A DNA stretch of 64,000 nt from Alphaproteobacteria bacterium (GCA_965232515.1 CBDDPY010000002.1:256001-320000); one strand, 5' to 3'. Positions 1 through 10,153 are shown, counted from the first letter of the stretch. Notes: a model not told the origin generated them from the letters alone. Translations and numbers: made by a program.

Positions 1-184
1 GCATGCTGAGCGCATATTCGCTGATCAGGTACTCGCCGCCGAACGACATCTGCGGCAGCAGCAGCATGAGCGCCACGCCCAGCACCAGGAACCATCGCGA
101 CATGCGCGACGGCATGATCGTCATGTCGGCGCGGTAGCTGGTGTGGAATTCGCCGGAGGGAAGGGGCGTGCCCGCGGTGGCCAT
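1..184 (-). CDS. Branched-chain amino acid-type ABC permease (LivM-like), N-terminal part; truncated by window edge
   Basis: Manual translation from ATG at 184: MATAGTPLPSGEFHTSYRADMTIMPSRMSRWFLVLGVALMLLLPQ...; directly follows the LivH-like gene. Confidence 0.75.
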   Translation of the reverse strand, partial: MATAGTPLPSGEFHTSYRADMTIMPSRMSRWFLVLGVALMLLLPQMSFGGEYLISEYALSM

Positions 185-187
185 GGC

Positions 188-1081
188 TCAGACCCTCTCG
201 ATGTCCTTGGTGCCGAACAGCCCGTAGGGCTTCACCATCAAAATGATGATCAGCACGTAGAACGGCGCCACGGTGTACATGTTGCCCCAGTTCAGGAACT
301 CGCTGTCGACGAACTGCGCCAGGTTCTCCAGCACGCCGATGATCAGGCCGCCGATGATCGAACCGATGACCGAGTCGAGGCCGCCGACGATCACGGCCGG
401 GAACACCTTGATGCCGAACAGCGAGATGATCGACGAGACGCCATTGACGATGCCGACGACGACGCCGGCCAGCGCCGAGACCATGGCCGAGATCGCCCAG
501 GAGATGGCGAAGACCTGCTTGATCGAGACGCCCATGCTCTGCGCCACCTGCTGGTCGAAGGCGGTCGCCCGCATGGCCAGGCCCATGCGCGAGAACTTAA
601 AGAACCAGGCGAAGCCCAGCATGATCATGATCGAGATGATCAGGCTCATGATGTAGACGGGCTCGACGTCGAGGCCGAAGACGTTCACCCGCTCGGTCTC
701 GAAAATCTGCGGATAGGGTTTTACGAACACGCCGAACAGCCAGCGCATCAGCGCCTGGAAGAAGATCGACAGGCCGACCGTGACCATGATGATCGAGATG
801 ATCGGCTCGCCGATCAGCGGCCGCAGCACGACGACCTGGATCAGCACGCCGAAGATCAGCATGAAGATCAGCGTCGCCGGGAAGCCGACCCAGAACGGCA
901 AACCCAGGTCGGTCATCACCCACCAGCAGACCCAGGCGCCGACCAGCAGAAACTCGCCCTGCGCGAAGTTCACGACCTGCGTCGCCTTGTAGATCAGCAC
1001 GAAGCACATGGCGACGACGCCATAGAGCGCGCCGACGATCAGGCCGTTGACCAGAAGCTGTATCAGTAGGGATGTGTTCAT
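188..1081 (-). CDS. Branched-chain amino acid-type ABC permease (LivH-like)
   Basis: NGLIVGALYGVVAMCFVLIYKATQVVNFAQGE and GLAMRATAFDQQVAQSMGV motifs; hydrophobic. Confidence 0.9.
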   Translation of the reverse strand: MNTSLLIQLLVNGLIVGALYGVVAMCFVLIYKATQVVNFAQGEFLLVGAWVCWWVMTDLGLPFWVGFPATLIFMLIFGVLIQVVVLRPLIGEPIISIIMVTVGLSIFFQALMRWLFGVFVKPYPQIFETERVNVFGLDVEPVYIMSLIISIMIMLGFAWFFKFSRMGLAMRATAFDQQVAQSMGVSIKQVFAISWAISAMVSALAGVVVGIVNGVSSIISLFGIKVFPAVIVGGLDSVIGSIIGGLIIGVLENLAQFVDSEFLNWGNMYTVAPFYVLIIILMVKPYGLFGTKDIERV

Positions 1082-1085
1082 GTAC

Positions 1086-3020
1086 TCACTCGGCGGCGGC
1101 CTGCATCACCGGCGCCGGCAGCATCTCGGCGACCGGCAATGTGGTGCGGACGCGCTGTTTGCTGCCGTCCTGGAAGGTGATCACGGTATCGATGTCGACA
1201 TCAGCGGCGTTGCTGTAGATGGCGCCGATGATGTCGTCGTATTTCTCCGACACGACGCCGCGCCGGACCTTGCGGGTCCGCGTCAGCTCGCCGTCGTCCG
1301 CGTCCAGTTCCTTGTACAGCAGGACGAACTTGGCGATGCGCTGGGCCGGCGGCAGGGTCTCGTTCACCTTTGCCACTTCCTCGCGGATGACGTCGTAGAC
1401 CTCGGGCCGCGACGACAGGTCCGAATAGGTCGTAAACGCGAGGCGCCGCTGCTCGGCCCATTTCGACATCACGGGGAAGCGGATGCAGACGATGGCCGCC
1501 AGATAGTCGCGGCCGTCGCCCAGGATCACCGCCTCGGCGATGTAGGGCGAGAACTTCAGCTTGTTCTCGATGAACTGTGGCGAAAAGCGGTCGCCCTGCA
1601 GCGTCGTGGCGATGTCCTTGATCCGGTCGATCACCACCAGGTGCTGGTTATCGTTGAAGTAGCCGGCGTCGCCGGTATGCATCCAGCCGTCGATCACGGT
1701 CTCGGCCGTGGCGTCCTCGTTCTTGAAGTAACCCAGGAACATGTTCGGGTGGCGGCTGAAGATCTCGCCGACGCCGTTCTTGTCGGGGTTCTCGATTTTG
1801 ACCTCGTAGCCGTTCGGCAGCGGCTTGCCCACGGTGTCGAAATCGACGTCGCCGCGGCGATGCACGGTATAGACGCCCAGGAGTTCGGTCTGGCCATAAA
1901 GCTGCAGCAGCGGTACGCCCATGGCCATGAAGAACTTGAAGGTGTCCGGGCCCATGGCGGCGCCGCCGGTGGCGGCGACGCGCAGCCGCGAGAAGCCAAG
2001 CCGGTCTTTCAAGGCCCGCAGGGCTATCATGTTCGCCAGTTTGCTGACGCCGCCCTGTTCGACCGCCTTCACGCCCATGTCCATGGCGCGCTCGTAGATC
2101 CAGCGCTTGAAGGGCGACGCGTCCATGATCCGCGCCCGCACGTCGGCGGCGATCTGCTCCCACACGCGCGGCGCCAGCAGCATGAAGGTCGGGCCGATCT
2201 CACGCATATCGGCCATCATCGTCTCGGGCTCTTCGACAAAGTTCAGCTTGTTGCGGCAGACCGGCGGCTGGAACAGCGCGTAGAACTGCTCGCCGATCCA
2301 GGGCATGGGCAGGACCGAGACGTATTCGTCGTCCGCGCCCATGGGCACGACTTCGTTGTAGTTCGCGACGTGCCGGATCATGCCGATCGACGACAGCATG
2401 GCGAGCTTGGGGTTGGACGTCGTGCCGGACGTGGTGCACAGCACCGCGCAATCCTCGCCGTCCGTCGCGTCGACCATGGCGTCGTAGGCGGTCGGCTCGG
2501 CCACGGCGAGATCGTCCGCCATGGCGAACAGGTCGTCCTGCGACATCAGCCGCGGATCGTCGTATTTCCGCATGCCGCGGGAATCGCAAAAGACGATGTG
2601 CTCGACGCTTGCCAGGCCCTCGCCGAGGTTCAGGATCTTGTCGACCTGTTCCTCGTCCTCGGCCACGATCAGCCGGGCGCCGGCATAGTTGATCAGATAT
2701 TCGACTTCCGGATCCAGCGAGTCCTGGTAGATGCCCAGGCTCATGCCACCGACGGCGTGGGCGGCGATGGCGGCGCTGACCCAGTCTGGGCGGCTGTCGC
2801 CGATGATACCGACGACATCGCCCTTGCCGATGCCCAGTTTGTGGAAGCCCAGCGCGAAGCGCCGGACGCGGTCGTGATACTCGGCCCAGCTATGCTCCTG
2901 CCAGAGGCCGAATTCCTTCTCGCGCATGGCGATATCGCTGCCGTTTTCGGCCGCGCGCAGTCGCAGCAGTTTCGGCAGCGTGTCGTAGCGTGTCAGGTCA
3001 GGCAGCGACGTGGCGGTCAT
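1086..3020 (-). CDS. Long-chain fatty acid-CoA ligase (AMP-binding), embedded in Liv-type operon
   Basis: TTSGTTSNPK, YGQTE, GWMHTGDAG, ELTRTRKVRR motifs; start MTATSLPD at 3020 overlaps upstream stop (ATGA). Confidence 0.9.
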   Translation of the reverse strand: MTATSLPDLTRYDTLPKLLRLRAAENGSDIAMREKEFGLWQEHSWAEYHDRVRRFALGFHKLGIGKGDVVGIIGDSRPDWVSAAIAAHAVGGMSLGIYQDSLDPEVEYLINYAGARLIVAEDEEQVDKILNLGEGLASVEHIVFCDSRGMRKYDDPRLMSQDDLFAMADDLAVAEPTAYDAMVDATDGEDCAVLCTTSGTTSNPKLAMLSSIGMIRHVANYNEVVPMGADDEYVSVLPMPWIGEQFYALFQPPVCRNKLNFVEEPETMMADMREIGPTFMLLAPRVWEQIAADVRARIMDASPFKRWIYERAMDMGVKAVEQGGVSKLANMIALRALKDRLGFSRLRVAATGGAAMGPDTFKFFMAMGVPLLQLYGQTELLGVYTVHRRGDVDFDTVGKPLPNGYEVKIENPDKNGVGEIFSRHPNMFLGYFKNEDATAETVIDGWMHTGDAGYFNDNQHLVVIDRIKDIATTLQGDRFSPQFIENKLKFSPYIAEAVILGDGRDYLAAIVCIRFPVMSKWAEQRRLAFTTYSDLSSRPEVYDVIREEVAKVNETLPPAQRIAKFVLLYKELDADDGELTRTRKVRRGVVSEKYDDIIGAIYSNAADVDIDTVITFQDGSKQRVRTTLPVAEMLPAPVMQAAAE

Positions 3021-3838
3021 GACGCGACCCGTTCCTCTTCCTCGTCGATCAGCAGTTCGTCTTCCTCGCCCAGATAGGCTTTCTTGACGTGTTCGTTGGC
3101 GCGGACCTCGTCGGGCACGCCCTCGGCGATCTTGCGGCCGAAATCGAGCACCATGACACGGTGCGACAGGTCCATGACCACACCCATGTCGTGCTCGATC
3201 ATGATCACGGTCATGCCCCATTCCTCGTTCAGGTCGACGACGTAGCGGGCCATGTCCTCCTTTTCTTCGAGGTTCATGCCCGCCATGGGCTCGTCCAGCA
3301 GGATCAGATCAGGCCTCAGCGCCACGGCGCGGGCCAGCTCGACCCGCTTGCGCAGGCCATAGGGCAGGGTGCCGGCGATCTCCTTACGGATGTGCTGGAT
3401 TTCCAGGAAGTCGATGATTTCCTCGACCTCGCGCCGGTGCGTCATCTCCTCCTTCTGGGCGCCGCCGAACCAGTAGAGCGCGCCGGTCAGGAAGTTGCTT
3501 TTCATCAGGTGGTGGCGGCCGACCATGATGTTGTCCAACACGGTCATATGGCCGAACAGCGCCAGATTCTGGAAGGTCCGGCCGATGCCCAGATCGGCGC
3601 GCGCGTTCGGCTTCAGATGGGTGATTTCCCGGCCTTTCAACACGATGCTGCCGGTCGACGGCTTATACCGCCCCGAAATGCAGTTCAGCATCGAGGTCTT
3701 GCCGGCGCCGTTCGGGCCGATGATCGAGAACAGCTCGCCGGTCCCGACCTGGAACGTCACGTCGTTCAGCGCCCGGACGCCACCGAATTGAAGGCTGACC
3801 CCATCGACATCGAGCAGGGGCGGCTCGGAATCCGCCAT
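3017..3838 (-). CDS. ABC transporter ATP-binding protein (LivG-like)
   Basis: GPNGAGKT Walker A, LPYG signature, LLDEP, IEHDM, AYLG. Confidence 0.92.
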   Translation of the reverse strand: MADSEPPLLDVDGVSLQFGGVRALNDVTFQVGTGELFSIIGPNGAGKTSMLNCISGRYKPSTGSIVLKGREITHLKPNARADLGIGRTFQNLALFGHMTVLDNIMVGRHHLMKSNFLTGALYWFGGAQKEEMTHRREVEEIIDFLEIQHIRKEIAGTLPYGLRKRVELARAVALRPDLILLDEPMAGMNLEEKEDMARYVVDLNEEWGMTVIMIEHDMGVVMDLSHRVMVLDFGRKIAEGVPDEVRANEHVKKAYLGEEDELLIDEEEERVAS

Positions 3839-3897
3839 ACGGCCGGTGTCCTCCCTTGAAATAGGCGGATACGGTGTCGCCCGTAGTCCGCCCTTCG

Positions 3898-4998
3898 TTA
3901 TTCCCAGACGCGGGTCGCCGTTTCGACGACCAGACGTAGTTTTTTCTTTTCGACCTCTATTGTAATCGGATTGCCCGAGACCGCACTAGCGAATCCGCAT
4001 TGCGGGCTGATCCCCAGGCGGTCGACGGCGATGTATCGGCCGGCATCGTCGATCCGTCGGACCAGATCGTCGACCGTCTCCAGCTCGGGCGATTTGCTGC
4101 TGACCAGTCCTAGAACGGCCGATTTCTTGGCTGGCACGAACCGCAGCGGTGCGAAATCGCCGGCCCGGGCGCTGTCGTATTCCAAGAAGAACACATCCGC
4201 GTCGATCTCGTTGAACATCCGCTCGGCCACCGGCTCGTAGCCACCTTCCGAGAGATACTTGCCCTTGAAGTTGCCGCGGCAGAGATGCAGGCCGACGGTG
4301 ACGCCGTCTGGCCGTCCGGCCACGGCGTCGTTAATGGCGTCGATGTAGATACCGACCAGCGCATCAGGATCTTCACCGCGTTGCCGCAGGCTGTCGCAAA
4401 CGTTCGGATCGCAGAGCATGGCCAGCGGCACTTCGTCGAGCTGCACATAGGTCGCGCCCAGCGCGGCCAACGCCGCGATCTCCTCGCGGTAGACCCGCGC
4501 GAAATCTGCGAAGAACGCCGTCGGACCGTCATAGGCGGCCGGGTCGATACCGTCGCGGCCGCGCCAGAAATGGAAAGTCGGCGGCGAGGGCAGGGTGACC
4601 TTCGGCGTCGCGCTCGTGGCCGATTTCAGAAATGCGAACTCGTCGGTCGAGATGCCGCGGTCGCGGCGGACCTTTCCAGCGACATGCGGCGCGATGAATG
4701 CCTGTTCGTGGCCATGATCGTCGCGGAATTTAAATGCTGCCTCTTTGACGGTCAGGCCCTCGACCGGCCCGATGAAATGACCCCAATAGGAACCGCGGCG
4801 AAACTCGCCGTCGGTCACGACCTGCAGCCCCACCTCCTGCTGCAGCGCCACCGCCTCGCGGATGCCGTCGTCCTGGATTTCGCGAAAGGCGGCATCGGTC
4901 AACTCGCCGGCATGATGCGACCGGAACGCCGCCGTCAGCGCGGGTGGCCGCAGAAGGCTGCCGATATGCTCCGCCCGAAAACGCGGCCGTGCCGCCAT
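3898..4998 (-). CDS. Cobalamin-independent methionine synthase II family protein (single-domain, YxjH-like)
   Basis: HIGSLLRP, TDGEFRR, HLCRGN, LEYD, SPQCGFAS zinc-site motifs; no N-terminal MetE half. Confidence 0.88.
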   Translation of the reverse strand: MAARPRFRAEHIGSLLRPPALTAAFRSHHAGELTDAAFREIQDDGIREAVALQQEVGLQVVTDGEFRRGSYWGHFIGPVEGLTVKEAAFKFRDDHGHEQAFIAPHVAGKVRRDRGISTDEFAFLKSATSATPKVTLPSPPTFHFWRGRDGIDPAAYDGPTAFFADFARVYREEIAALAALGATYVQLDEVPLAMLCDPNVCDSLRQRGEDPDALVGIYIDAINDAVAGRPDGVTVGLHLCRGNFKGKYLSEGGYEPVAERMFNEIDADVFFLEYDSARAGDFAPLRFVPAKKSAVLGLVSSKSPELETVDDLVRRIDDAGRYIAVDRLGISPQCGFASAVSGNPITIEVEKKKLRLVVETATRVWE

Positions 4999-5151
4999 GT
5001 CCTTTGACCCCGATTGTGCCTCGCCTGTTGCGCCTCTTGGTAACGCGGGAAACCGGCAACGGCAAGTCAGCGCACGACGGCGGGCCGACTGCTCATATTC
5101 AGAAACCCAAATATTCTATTTTTATGAGGCTTCTAGAGGCGGTATTGAAGG

Positions 5152-6099
5152 TTACTTCTTGCTCCCGGGTGGGCAGAGCACCCAGATCCCATCCGACGCC
5201 AAGGTAATCTCACCCGGCAAACGGGACATCAGATCGCCGTCCGCCTGGATCGGATCGCCCAGTGGCCCGCTGACGCTAATCCGGCGGCCCTGGACGATCT
5301 TGATGTCGGGCAGCTTCGGCAGGAAGCCCAGGCTCAAGGCGGTGGCATAGCGTGCCGCGTTCAGCCGGCCCGGCCGGGTGAACAGGCAGACATCCAGGTG
5401 CGGCAGCGTCAGCCGCGCATCCGGCGCGCAGACGAAGCGTCCGCCGTAATAATGGCCGTTGGCGATGACGGCGGAGTAGGCCGAATAGGCCGTGCCGTCG
5501 ATGGTGACCCGCAGTTCCGGAAACCGGTAGCGCTTGAACTGCACGAAGGTCTGCCAGACATAGGCCAGCTTGCCGAATCGTCGTTTCATGACCGGATCGA
5601 CATTGGCGACAACGTGAGCGTCGAAGCCGGCGCCGGCCATCATCAGGAAACGGCGGCCGTTGACGGTGCCGACATGGACCAGGGTGGGGGGCGCCCCGGC
5701 GATGGTCCGGGCCACGGCGTCCGGATCGATTGGCAGGCCGATTTCAGCCGCCAGCACATTCGCCGTTCCCAACGGTATCACCGCGAGCGGCGGCGCGGCC
5801 GGACCCAGGCCGTTCGCCACTTCATTGATCGTACCGTCGCCGCCGGCCACCGCGATGACGTCGAATTCGTCGCGCAAAACCGCGCCGGCAAAGGCTTGCG
5901 CGTCGCCACGGCAGCGGGTCTCGCGGATTGTGATCCGGCAGCCCAGCTTCTCGAGCGCGGCGATGACGGCCTCATACCGGCTCCTGCGCCGGCGTCCGGC
6001 GATCGGATTGAAGACCACCAGCACCCGGCGCGCCGTATCGGGCAGCTCGGGCGTTTCGAAGTCTTCAATAGTATCTGCGAGCTCCAAGTTTGCGCGCAT
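5152..6099 (-). CDS. Diacylglycerol/lipid kinase family protein (YegS/DAGK_cat)
   Basis: NPIAG, AGGDGTINE, PLGTAN, GAGFDA, QADGD motifs; exact start uncertain. Confidence 0.88.
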   Translation of the reverse strand: MRANLELADTIEDFETPELPDTARRVLVVFNPIAGRRRRSRYEAVIAALEKLGCRITIRETRCRGDAQAFAGAVLRDEFDVIAVAGGDGTINEVANGLGPAAPPLAVIPLGTANVLAAEIGLPIDPDAVARTIAGAPPTLVHVGTVNGRRFLMMAGAGFDAHVVANVDPVMKRRFGKLAYVWQTFVQFKRYRFPELRVTIDGTAYSAYSAVIANGHYYGGRFVCAPDARLTLPHLDVCLFTRPGRLNAARYATALSLGFLPKLPDIKIVQGRRISVSGPLGDPIQADGDLMSRLPGEITLASDGIWVLCPPGSKK

Positions 6100-6112
6100 C
6101 TATTTAACCACT

Positions 6113-6219
6113 GTTACAGTTACGTTACATTTGTAATAAAAAATTCACGAGACAAATAAATAGAACTGATTTAGTTGGCCCGCAAGACTTGATTTGGCGA
6201 TTTGTCATTTAAGTGTCGG
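6113..6219. promoter_or_regulatory. Putative Pho boxes in divergent promoter region
   Basis: 7-4-7 direct repeats resembling CTGTCAT-N4-CTGTCAT: minus strand ATGTAAC-GTAA-CTGTAAC (6113-6130); plus strand TTGTAAT-AAAA-AATTCAC (6131-6148) and TTGTCAT-TTAA-GTGTCGG (6202-6219); AT-rich region. Confidence 0.6.
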
Positions 6220-6226
6220 TCTCGCG

Positions 6227-7009
6227 ATGAACGCCAGGGAACTACCCAGACGCTATAGAGCCATTTGGATCTCGGACGTCCATCTTGGAACGCGCGGCTG
6301 TAAGGCCGAGTTTCTTTTGGACTTCCTACGCCACAACGAATCCGATCATCTCTATCTCGTCGGCGACATCATTGACGGCTGGCGCTTAAAGAAAACTTGG
6401 TACTGGATCCAGAGCCACAACGACGTCATCCAGAAACTGCTGCGCAAGGCGCGCAAGGGCACGCGGGTGATCTATGTGCCCGGCAACCACGACGAGGCGG
6501 CGCGCGAATACTGCGATCTGCAGTTCGGCGGCATCACCGTGCTGCGCGAAGCCGTGCACGTAACGGCCGACGGCAAGCGGCTTCTGGTCATTCACGGCGA
6601 CGAGTTCGATGTCATCGTGAAGTATGCCAAGTGGCTCGCCGTGCTCGGCGACTGGGCCTACACCATCCTGTTGGCGACGAACCACTGGTTCAACATCGTT
6701 CGGCACATGTGCGGCTACAACTACTGGTCGCTGTCGAAGTTCCTGAAATACAAGGTCAAGAACGCGGTCGAGTTCATCAGTCGGTTCGAGCAGGCGGTGG
6801 CCGAGGAGGCGCGACGCCGGCGCGTCGACGGCGTCGTCTGCGGCCACATCCACCACGCCGAAATCCGCGAGATCGACGGCGTGCTCTATTGCAACGACGG
6901 CGACTGGGTCGAGAGCTGCACCGCGCTGGTCGAGCATTTCGACGGGCGGCTGGAGATCATCGACTGGATCGACGTCGGCCAGGTTTCAACACCCGCAACA
7001 GCAATCTGA
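6227..7009 (+). CDS. plcP: Phospholipase C PlcP (LpxH2-type metallophosphoesterase)
   Basis: SDVHLG, GDIIDGW, PGNHDE (His rather than the Arg of LpxH), HGD, CGHIH, NDGDWVESCTA; followed by GT4 gene; Pho-box-like sites upstream. Confidence 0.8.
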   Translation: MNARELPRRYRAIWISDVHLGTRGCKAEFLLDFLRHNESDHLYLVGDIIDGWRLKKTWYWIQSHNDVIQKLLRKARKGTRVIYVPGNHDEAAREYCDLQFGGITVLREAVHVTADGKRLLVIHGDEFDVIVKYAKWLAVLGDWAYTILLATNHWFNIVRHMCGYNYWSLSKFLKYKVKNAVEFISRFEQAVAEEARRRRVDGVVCGHIHHAEIREIDGVLYCNDGDWVESCTALVEHFDGRLEIIDWIDVGQVSTPATAI

Positions 7010-7017
7010 CAGCCGTC

Positions 7018-8028
7018 ATGCGTATACAGATCGTCAGCGACGCCTGGGAGCCCCAGGTCAACGGCGTGGTTCGCACGCTGCAGCACACCTCGGCCGAGCT
7101 GTCCAGGATGGGGCACGAGATCGACTTCATCACCCCGGACCAGTTCCGGACCATCCCGTGTCCGACCTATCCGGAGATCCGTCTGGCCCTGCGCCCCTCG
7201 CCGGGGCTGGCCCAGCGCATCGACGGCTTTCAGCCCGCCGCCATCCACATCGCCACGGAAGGCCCGCTGGGCATGGCGGCGCGGCGCTACTGCCTGAAGC
7301 GCGGCCTGCCGTTCACCACGGCCTTCCACACCCGGTTTCCCGAATACGTGCACGCCCGCACGCGGCTGCCGGTATCCTGGAGCTACGCCTTCATGCGCCG
7401 ATTTCACGCGCCGGCGACCCGGACCATGGTGGCAACCGACAGTCTGCGCCAGGACCTTGCCGACCGCGGCTTCGGCCACTTGGCCATGTGGAGCCGCGGC
7501 GTCGATATCGAGCTCTTTAAGCCGCGCCCGAAAACCGAGAATGGCCTTGCCCGGCCGATCTATTTGTTCGTCGGGCGGGTCGCCGTCGAAAAGAACATCG
7601 GCGCCTTTCTCTCGCTCGACCTCGACGGCACGAAGGTGGTCGTCGGCGACGGTCCGCAGCGGCCCGAACTGCAGCGGCGGCATCCCGACGTGCACTTTGT
7701 GGGCGCGAAATACGGCGAGGAACTGGCGTCCTACTACGCCAACGCCGACGTCTTCGTCTTCCCCAGCCTGACCGACACCTTCGGCCTGGTCGTGTTGGAG
7801 GCGCTAGCCTCGGGCCTGCCGGTCGCCGCCTATCCGGTCACCGGGCCGAAGGACGTGATCAATGGCGCGCCGGTCGGCTGTCTTGATAACGATCTTCAGA
7901 AAGCCGCCCGTAGCGCCTTGAAATTAAACACGGATACCTGCCGGGAATTCGCTGTCGAGCGGTCCTGGACATCCTGCGCCACGCAGTTTCTGAATAATCT
8001 CGCGCCGTTCGAACGCGACGCCGCCTGA
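7018..8028 (+). CDS. GT4 glycosyltransferase, likely diacylglycerol glycosyltransferase (Agt-like)
   Basis: MRIQIVSDAWEPQVNGVVRTL, HIATEGPLG, VGRVAVEKN, FPSLTDTFGLVVLEALASG; 8 bp after plcP. Confidence 0.85.
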   Translation: MRIQIVSDAWEPQVNGVVRTLQHTSAELSRMGHEIDFITPDQFRTIPCPTYPEIRLALRPSPGLAQRIDGFQPAAIHIATEGPLGMAARRYCLKRGLPFTTAFHTRFPEYVHARTRLPVSWSYAFMRRFHAPATRTMVATDSLRQDLADRGFGHLAMWSRGVDIELFKPRPKTENGLARPIYLFVGRVAVEKNIGAFLSLDLDGTKVVVGDGPQRPELQRRHPDVHFVGAKYGEELASYYANADVFVFPSLTDTFGLVVLEALASGLPVAAYPVTGPKDVINGAPVGCLDNDLQKAARSALKLNTDTCREFAVERSWTSCATQFLNNLAPFERDAA

Positions 8029-8055
8029 AACTGGACCAAATCCGTCCGTTTTTGC

Positions 8056-8108
8056 TTGACTTTAACCTTGTTGCGGCCAGATAAAGGGTACCGAAAAGGT
8101 CCTCTTTA
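8056..8108 (+). promoter_or_regulatory. suf promoter (-35 TTGACT) and palindromic operator candidate for the Rrf2 regulator
   Basis: TTGACT at 8056-8061; TAAAGGGTACC-GAAAA-GGTCCTCTTTA imperfect inverted repeat at 8082-8108. Confidence 0.55.
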
Positions 8109-8123
8109 GCCGAGGCAGGATTT

Positions 8124-8594
8124 ATGATTAGGCTCAACCGGTTGACGGACTATGCCGTCGTCGTCCTTACCCAGATGGGGCGGGATCTGGACCGGGTGCA
8201 CACGACGGCGCGGCTGGCCGAGGATTCGGCGGTGCCGCTGCCGACTGTCTCCAAACTCATGAAGCAACTGGCGCGCGCCGGTCTGGTGACCTCGCGTCGC
8301 GGGGCGGCCGGCGGCTACGTCTTGAGCCGGCCGGCGGCGGAGGTCTCCGTTGCCGAGGTGATCACGGCGCTCGAGGGGCCGATCGCGCTCACGGCCTGCG
8401 TCGACGGCGCGGCCGATCACTGCGACGTCGAGTCGCTTTGCGCCATGCGCGGCAACTGGAACAAGGTCAACCGCGCCATCGAGACGGCGCTGGCGAGCGT
8501 GACGCTGGCCGATATGACGGTGGCGCCGGCCGACATGTTCGCGCTGCCGGAGACGGCGCCGCCGATCCGAAAACCGGCGGGGATGCTGTCCTGA
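8124..8594 (+). CDS. SUF system Fe-S cluster assembly regulator (Rrf2 family)
   Basis: [33 protein letters not shown]...C...C (three Cys); first gene of suf operon. Confidence 0.92.
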   Translation: MIRLNRLTDYAVVVLTQMGRDLDRVHTTARLAEDSAVPLPTVSKLMKQLARAGLVTSRRGAAGGYVLSRPAAEVSVAEVITALEGPIALTACVDGAADHCDVESLCAMRGNWNKVNRAIETALASVTLADMTVAPADMFALPETAPPIRKPAGMLS

Positions 8595-8649
8595 CGGACG
8601 GCGCGTGGGGGCGATAGGTTCAGGCGTTTTTAGCGAAGGAAGATCGGGT

Positions 8650-10107
8650 ATGGCCGCGACAGTCGAGACTGCCCAACAGGTCGAAACACTGGCTCAGCAG
8701 AAGTACAAGTATGGCTTCGTCACGGATATCGAGACCGAGACGGCGCCCAAAGGCCTGAACGAAGACATCATTCGCTTTATTTCGGCCAAGAAGGACGAGC
8801 CGGAATGGCTGCTGGAGTGGCGTCTCAAGGCCTACCGGCACTGGCTGACCATGCCCGAGCCCGAATGGGCCAAGGTCGGCTTCCCGCCGATCGACTATCA
8901 GGACGCCTATTACTACTCGGCGCCGAAGTCGAAGGACGACGGGCCCAAGAGCCTGGATGAGGTCGATCCCGAGCTGCTGGCCACCTACGAGAAGCTCGGC
9001 ATTCCGCTGCACGAACAGGAGATGCTGGCCGGCGTCGCCGTCGACGCCGTATTCGACAGTGTCTCGGTCGCGACCACCTTCAAGAAGAAGCTGGAAGAGG
9101 CCGGCGTGATCTTCTGCCCGATCTCGGAAGCCGTGCAGAACCATCCCGAGCTGGTGCGGAAGTATCTCGGCTCGGTCGTGCCTTACTCGGACAACAAGCA
9201 CGCGACGCTGAACTGCGCCGTGTTCACCGACGGCTCGTTCGTCTATGTGCCCAAGGGCGTGCGCTGCCCGATGGAGCTGTCGACCTATTTCCGCATCAAC
9301 GCGGCCAATACCGGCCAGTTCGAGCGCACGCTGATCATCGCCGACGAGGGCTCCTACGTCAGCTATCTCGAGGGCTGCACGGCGCCGATGCGCGACGAGA
9401 ACCAGCTGCACGCCGCCGTCGTCGAGCTGGTCGCTTTGGACGATGCCGAGATTAAGTACTCGACCGTGCAGAACTGGTATCCCGGCGACGAAGAGGGCCG
9501 GGGCGGCATCTACAACTTCGTCACCAAGCGCGCCGCCTGCCGCGGCCGCAATTCCAAGGTCTCCTGGACACAGGTCGAGACCGGCTCGGCCATCACCTGG
9601 AAGTATCCGAGCTGCATCCTGCAGGGCGACAACTCCGTGGGCGAGTTCTATTCCGTCGCCATCACCAACAACCGCCAGCAGGCTGACACCGGCACCAAGA
9701 TGATCCACATCGGCAAGAACACGCGCTCGACGATCATCTCCAAGGGCATCTCGGCCGGCCGCAGCAACAACACCTATCGCGGCCTCGTGCGCATGCAGCC
9801 CGGCGCCGAGGGCGCGCGCAACTACTCGCAGTGCGACTCGCTGCTGATCGGCGACGGCTGCGGCGCGCATACCGTGCCCTACATCGAGAGCAAGAACCCG
9901 ACGGCCAAGGTCGAGCACGAGGCGACGACCGCGAAGATCAGCGAGGACCAGCTGTTCTACGTGCGTCAGCGCGGCATGTCGGAAGAGGACGCGGTGTCGA
10001 TGATCGTCAACGGCTTCTGCAAGGAAGTGCTGCAGGAGCTGCCCATGGAGTTTGCCGTCGAGGCGCAGAAGCTGGTTGCCATCAGCCTGGAAGGCAGCGT
10101 CGGCTGA
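8650..10107 (+). CDS. sufB: Fe-S cluster assembly protein SufB
   Basis: [52 protein letters not shown]. Confidence 0.97.
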   Translation: MAATVETAQQVETLAQQKYKYGFVTDIETETAPKGLNEDIIRFISAKKDEPEWLLEWRLKAYRHWLTMPEPEWAKVGFPPIDYQDAYYYSAPKSKDDGPKSLDEVDPELLATYEKLGIPLHEQEMLAGVAVDAVFDSVSVATTFKKKLEEAGVIFCPISEAVQNHPELVRKYLGSVVPYSDNKHATLNCAVFTDGSFVYVPKGVRCPMELSTYFRINAANTGQFERTLIIADEGSYVSYLEGCTAPMRDENQLHAAVVELVALDDAEIKYSTVQNWYPGDEEGRGGIYNFVTKRAACRGRNSKVSWTQVETGSAITWKYPSCILQGDNSVGEFYSVAITNNRQQADTGTKMIHIGKNTRSTIISKGISAGRSNNTYRGLVRMQPGAEGARNYSQCDSLLIGDGCGAHTVPYIESKNPTAKVEHEATTAKISEDQLFYVRQRGMSEEDAVSMIVNGFCKEVLQELPMEFAVEAQKLVAISLEGSVG

Positions 10108-10153
10108 CGACCTGCGCCCCCGGACAGATACGTTCAAGGAAAGAGAAGCGGGA

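Noticed and set aside
3864-3892. Hairpin GGCGGA-TACGG/CCGTA-G-TCCGCC after the MetE-like gene as a terminator
   Set aside because: The U-tract is weak and it lies only about 25 nt from the next start codon, so termination cannot be told from read-through.
5000-5150. Possible SAM-II or cobalamin riboswitch upstream of the MetE-like gene
   Set aside because: Only GCGCTGACTTG resembles SAM-II; the TTGCA and GCTAAA elements and any B12 box are missing. The segment is better explained as a promoter (TTGCCG-N17-TACCAA on the minus strand).
6227-7009. Call as lipid A enzyme LpxH
   Set aside because: GNHD rather than GNRD, the GT4 neighbour and Pho-box-like sites favour PlcP.
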